A stretch of 44,944 nucleotides of DNA. It comes from an uncultured Arcobacter sp. (GTDB lineage: Bacteria; Campylobacterota; Campylobacteria; Campylobacterales; Arcobacteraceae). Under the pieces are notes generated by a model. It had not been told where the DNA came from. It was given only the letters and a program-made list of their open reading frames with translations, and did no database searches. The first letter of the stretch is position 1; each line of letters starts with the position of its first letter. Both the position numbers and the translations under genes were made by a program. Below are positions 27,180-36,155 of the stretch, one piece after another. The DNA is taken from contig CALMBI010000091.1 in the NCBI GenBank assembly GCA_937860115.1, positions 1 to 44,944 on the forward strand, in the 5' to 3' direction.

Positions 27180-28031
27180 TTATATAACTATATGTGTATG
27201 TCTTGAACTATGACATTGCACATTCACTGAAACAGGTAAACTTGCAATATGACAAGGGTTTGATTCGATATGAACGGCTAAAGCTGTTTTCGTTCCACCC
27301 ATACCCATTGCCCCAATTCCAAGTTTATTTAACTCTTCTAAAATTTGAGTTTCAAACTGAGCCATTTCTGGATCTTCATTGACACTACCAAGTGTTCTAA
27401 AAAGTGCATGTTTACTTGAAATAGCAGCTCTTTCAAAAGTTCCACCGATTCCAACACCAACTGTGATAGGTGGGCATGGATTTGGTCCAGCATTACTGAT
27501 ACACTCTTTTACAAATTTAAGTACACCTTCTTTACCTGCAGCTGGAGCTAAAACAGTTGCACGACTTACATTTTCACTTCCTCCACCTTTTGCAGCGTAT
27601 TCGATATCGATTGTATCTCCTGCAACAATATCAAAATGGATGATAGCAGGTAGGTTGTAACCGATTTTATCTTTAAGATTTGCTCTGCTAAATGGTTCAC
27701 ATGTAGAAGCTCTAAGGTAAGCATCTTGATATCCTTGTTCAGTTCCTTTATTGATAGCATCTTTTAAAAGCCCGCCATTGATTTTCACTTCATCCCCAAC
27801 TTTTACAAAAAATACAGCTAAGCCTGTATCTTGACACAATGGTCTTTTTTCACTTTTTGCAATATCTGCATTTTCTAAAATTTGTCTTAAAACCTCTTTA
27901 GATACTGGAGATTTTTCCTCTTCCATAGCTTTTTGTAAAGCATCATAAGCATCTTGTGGAAGATCAGTTCCACAATGTACGATGATATCTCTTACAGCTT
28001 TTACTACATCATTAAATTCTATAACTCTCAT
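27180..28031 (-). CDS. Class I (Fe-S) fumarate hydratase, alpha subunit (N-terminal domain type)
   Basis: 283 aa. PLCQDTG, GGGSEN and conserved Cys residues of the TtdA/FumA N-terminal family. The TCA context favours fumarase over tartrate dehydratase. Confidence 0.85.
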   Translation of the reverse strand: MRVIEFNDVVKAVRDIIVHCGTDLPQDAYDALQKAMEEEKSPVSKEVLRQILENADIAKSEKRPLCQDTGLAVFFVKVGDEVKINGGLLKDAINKGTEQGYQDAYLRASTCEPFSRANLKDKIGYNLPAIIHFDIVAGDTIDIEYAAKGGGSENVSRATVLAPAAGKEGVLKFVKECISNAGPNPCPPITVGVGIGGTFERAAISSKHALFRTLGSVNEDPEMAQFETQILEELNKLGIGAMGMGGTKTALAVHIESNPCHIASLPVSVNVQCHSSRHTHIVI

Positions 28032-28048
28032 AGTAGCTCCTTTTTTAA

Positions 28049-29002
28049 TTATCTTTGATAAAAATTATTTGCATAAAGTGCATCGATTAGCTCAATAACA
28101 CTTCCAACTGATTTAGCAAATTTTCTATCTTGATCATCATTTAGATTTGCTTCGATCACTTTTTCAGCGCCTGCTGCACCAATCATTACAGGAACACCAC
28201 TTACTGTATTTTTATATCCATACTCTCCATCAAGCATTACGCTACATGGATAGATTTGTTTTGTATCACTGAGAACTGCTTCAGCCATAAGTGATGCTGC
28301 TTTTGCAGGGGCATAATATGCACTACCATCTTTAAGTAATCCAACGATTTCAGCTCCACCTTTTTTTGTTTTTTCTACGATTTCATGAATCTCTTCCCAT
28401 GAAAGAAGATCAGTCAACGGAACCCCAGCAACTGTTGAAAATCTTGGAAGCGGAACCATATCATCTCCATGTCCACCCATTACAGAACATCTAATCTGTC
28501 CAGCTCCATATTGAAGTTTTTCATACACAAAGTGAGCCATTCTTGCACTATCTAAGATACCAGCCATCCCAAGAACTCTATTTCGTGGCCAACCAGATTC
28601 TTTAAGTGCAACATAAACCATTGCATCAAGTGGATTTGAAACAGGGATAATAATAGCATTTGGAGAATACTTCACAACATCTTTCATTACATTTCTCATC
28701 ATCTCTGCATTTTTGATCAATAGGTCATCTCTACTCATTCCTGGAAGTCTTGGAGCACCAGCAGCGATTACCACAACATCACAATCTGTTAGATCTTCAG
28801 GTTTTTCAGCATGTTTTACGACAGTGTGTTTTCTTGCTGCTTGAACTGCTTGAGACATATCAAGTGCTAAACCTTTTGCTTTACTTGGGTTGCTACTTGA
28901 TCTTAAAATCACTTCATGACAAGCACCATTCATAGCTAAGATATACGCACAAGTTGAACCAACATTTCCAATTCCTACAATTCCTACTCTTTTTCCTCTC
29001 AC
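28049..29002 (-). CDS. mdh: Malate dehydrogenase (LDH-like family)
   Basis: 317 aa. GTG start with AAGGAG upstream. GIVGIGNVGS Rossmann motif and the GGHGD motif. Confidence 0.9.
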   Translation of the reverse strand: MRGKRVGIVGIGNVGSTCAYILAMNGACHEVILRSSSNPSKAKGLALDMSQAVQAARKHTVVKHAEKPEDLTDCDVVVIAAGAPRLPGMSRDDLLIKNAEMMRNVMKDVVKYSPNAIIIPVSNPLDAMVYVALKESGWPRNRVLGMAGILDSARMAHFVYEKLQYGAGQIRCSVMGGHGDDMVPLPRFSTVAGVPLTDLLSWEEIHEIVEKTKKGGAEIVGLLKDGSAYYAPAKAASLMAEAVLSDTKQIYPCSVMLDGEYGYKNTVSGVPVMIGAAGAEKVIEANLNDDQDRKFAKSVGSVIELIDALYANNFYQR

Positions 29003-29180
29003 ATTGACTCCTTAATCTAGACTTTTGTTTTAACTATAATACTACAACGATTATATATTAAAACGATTAAAGATTGAAGTTTTTCCCTACAATCCTTAAT
29101 TGTTTTAACCCTAAAACTACAAAAAGTTACAAGAGGTAATAAAACGTCTTATAACTTTTGTTAATATCTGATAGTGTATA

Positions 29181-31358
29181 TTAGATATTGTTGATAATAT
29201 TGTTTAAAGTAGCAGATGGTCTCATCGCTTTTTCTGCTAACTCATCATTTGGATGGAAGTATCCACCAATGTTTTGTGGTTTCCCTTCAACAGCCATCAA
29301 CTCTTCCATAATTTTAGCTTCATTTTCTTCTAAAGCTTTTGCTACTGGAGCAAATTTAGCAGCTAACTCTGCATCGCTTCCATTTGCAAGTGCTTTTGCC
29401 CAGTATTGAGCAACATAGAAGTGTGATGCTTTGTTATCTGGCTCTCCTGCTTTTCTACCTGGCTCTTTTGAGTTATCAAGGTAACCGTTGTTTGCAATAT
29501 CAAGTGCAGCAGTTACAGCTTTGATTTTTGCATCATTGTGTTTGTGTCCTAAGAATCTTAAAGACTCAGCAAGTGCTAAAAATTCCCCTAAAGAATCCCA
29601 TCTTAAATGTCCTTCTTTTAAGAATTGATCAACATGTTTAGGAGCAGATCCACCCGCACCAGTTTCATATAATCCTCCACCTGCAAGTAATGGAACAATA
29701 GATAACATTTTAGCAGATGTTCCAAGCTCAAGGATTGGATACATATCTGTTAAGTGGTCTCTTAAAACATTTCCTGTTACAGCGATAGTATTCAATCCTT
29801 GTCTAATTCTTGTGTTTGTAAATCTTGTAGCATCTGTTACATTCATAAATTGGATATCTAAACCAGTTGTATCAAGCTCTGCTAAATATTTGTTAACTTT
29901 TTTGATAAGTTCAGCATCGTGAGCTCTAGCAGCATCAAGCCAGAATACTGCTGGAATTCCTTCTTGTCTTGTTCTTTCAACTGTTAATCTAACCCAGTCT
30001 TTAATTGGAATATCTTTAGCTCTACTCATTCTCCAGATATCACCAGCTTCACATTCAAAAGACATTAATACTGTTCCATCTTCTGCAGTTACAGTTACAG
30101 TTCCAGCTTCACCTAATTCAAATGTAGTTGGATGTGAACCATACTCTTCAGCTTTTTGAGCCATAAGACCAATATTTTGCATTGTTCCCATAGTTGTTAC
30201 ATCATATTGACCATGTTTTACACAATCAGCTACCATTTCAGCATGGAACATTCCATAAGTTGAATCTGGAATAACAGCAATAGTTTCAAGTGCAGCACCT
30301 GTTCTATCCCATTGTTTTCCACCTTCTCTTACAACAACTGGCATAGATGCATCGATGATGATATCATTTGGTGCATTGAAGTTTGTTGTTCCTTTATCAG
30401 AATCAACCATAGCAATTTTTGGAGCATCAGCATCAACTACAGCTTGGAATGCAGCTTTGATCTCTGCTTCTTGTGCATGACCTTTGATTTTTTTCTCTAA
30501 ATCAGACATACCTAAGTTTGGATTTACTCCAACTTCTTTGAAAGTTGCTGCATATTTTGTAAATACAGATTCAAAGAAGATCTCAAATGCATGACCAAAC
30601 ATAATTGGATCAGAGATTTTCATCATTGTTGCTTTTAAGTGTACAGACCAGATAAGTCCTTTTGCTTTTGCTTCCTCGATTGTTTTTTTATAAAATGCTC
30701 TTAAAGCAGAAATAGACATAAATGTACCATCTAAAACTTCATCTGCAACCGCATTGATTGTTTTTAATTCTTTACCATTTAATGCAATAGTAACTTTTTG
30801 ATCTTTATCAACTGTTACAGATTTCTCATTTCCATAGAAATCACCTTTCCCTTCCATATGTGCAACATAAGCTTTTGAATCAGTTGCAAATGCTCTTAAT
30901 TTGTGTGGATTTTTTTTAGCGAAGTTTTTAACAGCAACCGCTGCTCTTCTATCACTATTTCCTTCTCTAAGAACTGGATTAACAGCTGAACCTAAACAAG
31001 TGCTATATTTAGCTTGAATTGCTTCTTCTTCTGCATTTGCTGGATTTTCTGGATAATTAGGAATATCATACCCTTGAGATTGTAATTCTGCGATACAATC
31101 TTTTAATTGCCCAACTGAAGCAGAGATATTTGGAAGTTTGATAATATTTGCATCTGGTTGCACACATAGTTCACCAAGTTTTGATAATTCATCTTCAGCT
31201 AGACCCATTGTAGCTAAAACTCTTCCTGCAAGTGAGATATCACTAAGAACCACTTCTACATTTGCTGCTTTTGTAAAAGCATTTACGATAGGTAATAAAG
31301 AATAAGTTGCTAAAGCTGGAGCTTCGTCGATTTTTGACCAAATGATTTTTGCTGACAT
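29181..31358 (-). CDS. icd: Monomeric NADP-dependent isocitrate dehydrogenase
   Basis: 725 aa, the size and N-terminus (IWSKIDEAPALATYSLLPIV) of the monomeric IDH family, as in C. jejuni. Confidence 0.92.
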   Translation of the reverse strand: MSAKIIWSKIDEAPALATYSLLPIVNAFTKAANVEVVLSDISLAGRVLATMGLAEDELSKLGELCVQPDANIIKLPNISASVGQLKDCIAELQSQGYDIPNYPENPANAEEEAIQAKYSTCLGSAVNPVLREGNSDRRAAVAVKNFAKKNPHKLRAFATDSKAYVAHMEGKGDFYGNEKSVTVDKDQKVTIALNGKELKTINAVADEVLDGTFMSISALRAFYKKTIEEAKAKGLIWSVHLKATMMKISDPIMFGHAFEIFFESVFTKYAATFKEVGVNPNLGMSDLEKKIKGHAQEAEIKAAFQAVVDADAPKIAMVDSDKGTTNFNAPNDIIIDASMPVVVREGGKQWDRTGAALETIAVIPDSTYGMFHAEMVADCVKHGQYDVTTMGTMQNIGLMAQKAEEYGSHPTTFELGEAGTVTVTAEDGTVLMSFECEAGDIWRMSRAKDIPIKDWVRLTVERTRQEGIPAVFWLDAARAHDAELIKKVNKYLAELDTTGLDIQFMNVTDATRFTNTRIRQGLNTIAVTGNVLRDHLTDMYPILELGTSAKMLSIVPLLAGGGLYETGAGGSAPKHVDQFLKEGHLRWDSLGEFLALAESLRFLGHKHNDAKIKAVTAALDIANNGYLDNSKEPGRKAGEPDNKASHFYVAQYWAKALANGSDAELAAKFAPVAKALEENEAKIMEELMAVEGKPQNIGGYFHPNDELAEKAMRPSATLNNIINNI

Positions 31359-31525
31359 TGTTTGTTTCCTTTTTGTATGTTTTAATGTAGGTGAATTCTA
31401 GCATTAAAATTACTCGAATCATTTAAAAAGTAACAAATATTTTTTTAGGATTTTGTAATATGTTTCAAATTGATACATAAAGAAAAAAGTCAAATTGTAA
31501 GAATATCGAAAAAATAGTGATTCTT

Positions 31526-32803
31526 CTAAATATTTTTCCACAACTCTTTTGTTTGATTTTGTTGTTTATTCTCTTTTTTAGGTGTCTCTTTGTGTAACTT
31601 ATCGTAAACCTTTTTATCATTTGAAGGTTTTTGTTTAGAACTATTTTCAGGTATTTTTGCTGGTTTTTGTTTTGGATCAAACTCGTTTTTTACGTTTTGG
31701 GGTTTATTGTTTTTCTCTTTTTCTAAAGGGATTTTATTCTCTTTTGTTTTGTTCGTGTTCTCTTTATTTGTATCATTTGCTTTTTCTATTTTTTTTGTAG
31801 TGACAACCTCTTGAATATTTGCTTTATGGCTATCATAATTTGTAGCAAATGAGTGTCCTTTACCTGTAATGTTTTTCATAAAAAAGAGATAACTGTTTTT
31901 AGCAGGGAAAAGGGCAGCCTTGATCGCTGAAAATTCTACTGCACATATAGGATCAGTAGGGATCCCTCCAAATTTGTATGTATTGTATGAAGACTCATCA
32001 TTTGCGATCATTGTAGGTGTTACTCGTGTATGTGAAAATTCACCATAATTGAGTGTTCCATCCATTTGGAGCCTCATTTTTTTTGCTAATCTATTATAGA
32101 TAACTCCTGATACTTGTGTCATCTCCTCTTTTGATCCTGATTCTTTTTGTACAATTGAAGCGATTGTAATATATCTATACCACTCATCTTTATTATATTT
32201 TCCAAAAATCTTCATACTATATTTTTGATATTCCTCTTCAGTATATTGAAAAAGATATTTAAGGACATCTCTTGGATTCATCCCTATTGGAAGATTGTAT
32301 GTTTGTGCCATAATGTTCCCATCTTTTTTGTAGGCAAGCTCATAGTAAACTTTAAATAACTCATCTTTTGGAAGTTTTAGTTTTTGAGACAATTCATTTA
32401 AAAAGAAATAATATGTTTCCCCTGGTATCAATACAACAGTTGCAAGTGCAGCTTTTGATGTTGCTATTTTATATAGAAAGTCAAGTTTCGTAATCTTTCC
32501 AACTTCACTTCGTTTCCCCATATCAACCCAACCACTTTGAGGATAACCAATAAAAAAGAGTGTAACTCGATCTATAAAGTTAAGGCTATATCCATTTTGA
32601 TTTAGGTAAGATATTGCATTAGATGTTGAACCTTTTGGTATATACACAACTCTTTTTGAATCCATAGGCAAGGTTAAATAGTAAAAAATGGTAACAAAGA
32701 TCACAAGGGTAACTTCCATAGTGTTCAAAAGTATAATCTTTCTACTTGAATTTTTGATATTGTCAATAATGGTATTTATCTTTGCTTTAATGTATGGTAT
32801 CAA
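31526..32803 (-). CDS. mltG: Endolytic murein transglycosylase MltG (YceG-like) with a Lys/Asn/Glu-rich C-terminal tail
   Basis: 425 aa. N-terminal TM helix, YceG core with IASIVQKESG (catalytic Glu) and NTYKFGGIPTDPIC. The start could be M29 (32719). A low-complexity tail of about 90 aa follows the core. Confidence 0.85.
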   Translation of the reverse strand: MIPYIKAKINTIIDNIKNSSRKIILLNTMEVTLVIFVTIFYYLTLPMDSKRVVYIPKGSTSNAISYLNQNGYSLNFIDRVTLFFIGYPQSGWVDMGKRSEVGKITKLDFLYKIATSKAALATVVLIPGETYYFFLNELSQKLKLPKDELFKVYYELAYKKDGNIMAQTYNLPIGMNPRDVLKYLFQYTEEEYQKYSMKIFGKYNKDEWYRYITIASIVQKESGSKEEMTQVSGVIYNRLAKKMRLQMDGTLNYGEFSHTRVTPTMIANDESSYNTYKFGGIPTDPICAVEFSAIKAALFPAKNSYLFFMKNITGKGHSFATNYDSHKANIQEVVTTKKIEKANDTNKENTNKTKENKIPLEKEKNNKPQNVKNEFDPKQKPAKIPENSSKQKPSNDKKVYDKLHKETPKKENKQQNQTKELWKNI

Positions 32804-35800
32804 ACTGAATAATCTTTCTTTTAATGATATAAATATTGGCGCATTGTATTTAAAATATGATAAAAAACTCTTTGTGCATTTAGATCACTTTGATCTTGAT
32901 GGTAAAAAGCTAGATTGTAATGTTTCATTAAGTTATGAAGATGGGAAATATGGTGCAGATATTCAACATTTTTATTACCATAATTTAGAGATGAATTTTA
33001 GTGGTAAAGTGACTCTTACAAGTGATGAACTAGATCAACTAATGGGTGGTGAAAAAAAAGATATTACAATCAATAATGCATTTGTTATTTTTGATCAAAC
33101 TATCAAACCAGTGCTTGCAGAAAAATTGTATTTAGATTTTCAAAAAGATCTAAAGGTGCGTTTTTTGCATCCTACACTTGATAGTGTTAAACTAGATAAC
33201 TCAACGATAGATATTGTAGATTTAGCAACAAGCGGTGTTTTAAAAGTTTTTCTTGATATCGATAATATGCTTGATATTAGAGTACTCAAAGTACTTGGTA
33301 GTTATGAAGTGGAACTTCCACTCAAGCAAGTGGGCGGGAAAACGCATACTTTAGTTTATATTGATATCCCTTTTTCAAGTGATAAAGGTATTGATATCAG
33401 GGCAAAAGCAAAAGTGCAAGATGGTGTGATAACAATTGGTGATAATGGCCTTAATATAAAACATACCCCACCAAATCCAAATTCAAAAACGAAAGTGCGA
33501 GTTGAGGTGGAACTTGTAAATAATAGTGTTGTGATGGATGATATAACATTCAAATCAGATAGACTTTTTGTATTATATGAAAATAAAACAGTAAGTGTAT
33601 CTTCTAATCAAAATAAACTATCACAAAAAAATCAACTCTTAGCGACGGTTCAGAACATCAATGCAAAACTTAAAAATAATCTTTTGGAATATGGAGTTGA
33701 TATTAAAGATCCAAAAGAGAACTTTGTAACAGTTGTGGGTGAAACGAATTTAGACAAACAAACAACAAGTGGTGAGCTCTTTTTAAATCATGTAGGATAT
33801 AAAGATAAAGTAACTATTAACAACGAGCAAATACGATTTTCAATACAACATAAACCACTCAATGTGAAACTCAATGGTGATTTTAATCTTGATTTGCAAC
33901 TTGAGAATAATCTCTCTAAAAAACTCGCTTTTGAAAACTTCCAAGCTGGTTTTGCAAATAATCTTTTAGAACTACAAACTAATCTTTATGAGGGAAACAA
34001 TTCACTTACTATTCATAATTTTACTTCACTTGAAGATAATATTACGCATGGGAATCTTTTTATCAATAGATTTACTCATGAAGATTTAGTTTCTATGCAA
34101 GATCAAAAAATCGATTATGAACTTAATCATGCTCCACTTGATGTGACAATTACTTCAAATTTGGGCTTAAAAATAAAAAATAGAGATCTAAGTTTTGAAA
34201 ATTTCAATCTTCATTTTGCAAATAATATTGTTTCACTCAAAACAAATCTTAAAGAGGGTAACAATACTCTATCGATCGATAATCTAACAAATTTAGATCA
34301 AAACATTACCGAAGGAACTGTTTATCTTCACCATATCTTGCATGATAATCTTATAAGAATCGAAAATGAAAAGATCAATTATAAAGTGAAACACGATCCA
34401 TTAGTAGCAACAGTTGTAGCTAATCTTGATCTTTATTTGAACAATAAAGATACAAATAGAGAGAAAAAAATCAGATTAGAGAGCCTATTTGGAAGATTTG
34501 AAGATGATCATATTTTTTTAGATACTAATATAGTAGAGGGAAAAAATAGTTTAAAATTACACAATCAAACAAATCTCACACAAGAACTCTCTTTTGGTGA
34601 AGTAACGATCAATAGATTTCAACATGAAAATATTGTTGTACTGGAAAATCAGCATATCAATTATGATATAAAACATAATCCATTAAATATTAATCTTTTG
34701 AGTGATCTGTCATTAAACTTGCTTGCACAAGATCAAAATAGCACCGATAAAAAGATAGATTTAAAAGGTTTCAATTTTCATTACAACGATAAAAATATAA
34801 TCGATCTAAAAACAAATATTGATGAAGGAAATAGTTCTTTTTATCTAACAAATACTACAAATCTTGATAAAAATAGCTCAGCTGGGACGCTCATCATCAA
34901 AGCATTTAGTTATGAGCCATTTATTAATCTTACAAATGAGTATCTCAAATACAATGTAGATTTTAGTAACGGAATCAAGGTTGATGTGCCAACATATCTA
35001 CTCAAATATCAAAAAAATCAAAACAATAAACAAACACTTACAATTGATAAATTAAATTATCTCTTAGGAAAAACAACATTTATAAAAGATAAAAAAATTG
35101 ATTCTGGAAAGTTCCATCTTACAACGCCAAATGACTTTAAAGATATGACAATTATTATTAATGATCTTGGTGTTGATATCAATACAACAATCTTAAGAGA
35201 TAAAAATACAACAGATTCAAATCTCACCCAAGAGGTTCATGATACAAATACAACATCAAAAGAGCTTCCAAAAATAGCGCTAAAAATGTTTAATAGCAAA
35301 CTCAATGTTGATGGATACGACCTCAATTCTTCTATGATCTATCTGAATACAAATAAACAACATGTTGATCTACAATACTTTCCAACTGATGAAAATGCAA
35401 CGATCAAATTTACAAAAGATGGAGATATTATCAGTTTAAAAGTAAAAGATTTGAGTGAAAAATTTGTAGAAAATTTCGCTAGAAAAGATATATTGGATGG
35501 TGGAGCTTTTAGTGTTGATATCGATGGAAACAAAACAGATCTTTATGGTGGAGTATTTGTTAAGGGGACAACGATTAAAAACGTGCAGATTTTAAATAAT
35601 CTAATCACATTTATTAATACAACTCCAGCTATTATTAATCCAATATTAGCTCTTCCTACTCTTTTTAGATTGGGCGAAACAGATTTTGATATGACAGGGT
35701 ATCCTGTTTTAAATGGGCATCTAAAATTTGATTATAGATATAAAGATCAAATGTTAGTGTTGCCATCTTTTTACACAAAAAGTAAGATGATGGATTTTAA

Positions 35801-36155
35801 AGGTCAAGGATATGTAGATATTGGTAACAAAAAACAAGAGATAGGTCTAGATGTGATATTTTTAAAAGATTACTCTAAATTTTTCAATCATATCCCAATA
35901 ATAGGATATATTATCACAGGGGATGATGGAAACTTTATGACAAATATCGATATCAATGGTACATTTGATGAGCCTGATTTTACAACTCACACAGTTGAAA
36001 ATGCCGCACAAGGTGTTGTAAATATCATAAAACGTACAATAACACTTCCATTTTTACCATTTATGGATGATACGAAAAAAGAAGAGAATAATGAAAGTGT
36101 CCCAACAAACGAGAATAAAATAGAAAAAATAACAAACAAAGAAGAAGGAAATTGA
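32688..36155 (+). CDS. Large AsmA/YhdP/TamB-like envelope protein (N-terminal TM anchor, repetitive beta-rich body, AsmA-like C-terminal region)
   Basis: 1155 aa. A single N-terminal TM helix, then five tandem repeats of about 90 aa. The C-terminal segment GGVFVKGTTIKNVQILNNLITFINTTPAI...DFKGQGYVDIG...IGYIITGDDGNFMTNIDINGTFDEPDF resembles the conserved C-terminus of AsmA-family proteins. An alternative GTG start lies at 32721. Confidence 0.65.
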   Translation: MVTKITRVTSIVFKSIIFLLEFLILSIMVFIFALMYGIKLNNLSFNDINIGALYLKYDKKLFVHLDHFDLDGKKLDCNVSLSYEDGKYGADIQHFYYHNLEMNFSGKVTLTSDELDQLMGGEKKDITINNAFVIFDQTIKPVLAEKLYLDFQKDLKVRFLHPTLDSVKLDNSTIDIVDLATSGVLKVFLDIDNMLDIRVLKVLGSYEVELPLKQVGGKTHTLVYIDIPFSSDKGIDIRAKAKVQDGVITIGDNGLNIKHTPPNPNSKTKVRVEVELVNNSVVMDDITFKSDRLFVLYENKTVSVSSNQNKLSQKNQLLATVQNINAKLKNNLLEYGVDIKDPKENFVTVVGETNLDKQTTSGELFLNHVGYKDKVTINNEQIRFSIQHKPLNVKLNGDFNLDLQLENNLSKKLAFENFQAGFANNLLELQTNLYEGNNSLTIHNFTSLEDNITHGNLFINRFTHEDLVSMQDQKIDYELNHAPLDVTITSNLGLKIKNRDLSFENFNLHFANNIVSLKTNLKEGNNTLSIDNLTNLDQNITEGTVYLHHILHDNLIRIENEKINYKVKHDPLVATVVANLDLYLNNKDTNREKKIRLESLFGRFEDDHIFLDTNIVEGKNSLKLHNQTNLTQELSFGEVTINRFQHENIVVLENQHINYDIKHNPLNINLLSDLSLNLLAQDQNSTDKKIDLKGFNFHYNDKNIIDLKTNIDEGNSSFYLTNTTNLDKNSSAGTLIIKAFSYEPFINLTNEYLKYNVDFSNGIKVDVPTYLLKYQKNQNNKQTLTIDKLNYLLGKTTFIKDKKIDSGKFHLTTPNDFKDMTIIINDLGVDINTTILRDKNTTDSNLTQEVHDTNTTSKELPKIALKMFNSKLNVDGYDLNSSMIYLNTNKQHVDLQYFPTDENATIKFTKDGDIISLKVKDLSEKFVENFARKDILDGGAFSVDIDGNKTDLYGGVFVKGTTIKNVQILNNLITFINTTPAIINPILALPTLFRLGETDFDMTGYPVLNGHLKFDYRYKDQMLVLPSFYTKSKMMDFKGQGYVDIGNKKQEIGLDVIFLKDYSKFFNHIPIIGYIITGDDGNFMTNIDINGTFDEPDFTTHTVENAAQGVVNIIKRTITLPFLPFMDDTKKEENNESVPTNENKIEKITNKEEGN
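33663..34991 (+). repeat. Five tandem intragenic repeats of about 88-95 aa inside the AsmA-like gene
   Basis: Units begin near aa 326, 419, 507, 601 and 696. The recurring pattern is F(A/E)NN..L.TNL.EGNN(S/T)L.I.N.TNLD.NIT.G....N.F.H.N.....N.KINY..KH.PL.V......L.L. The repeats are diverged at the nucleotide level. Confidence 0.8.

Noticed and set aside
26612-28031. Alternative call as L(+)-tartrate dehydratase TtdAB
   Set aside because: The same Fe-S hydro-lyase family fits both calls. The location between mdh and sucCD in a TCA cluster favours fumarase. Substrate specificity cannot be proven from sequence alone.
20626-31358. Reading the cluster as a reductive TCA (autotrophy) module
   Set aside because: OorDABC, class I fumarase, Mdh and SucCD are reversible and also occur in heterotrophic Campylobacter and Arcobacter. 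The diagnostic ATP-citrate lyase is not in the window.
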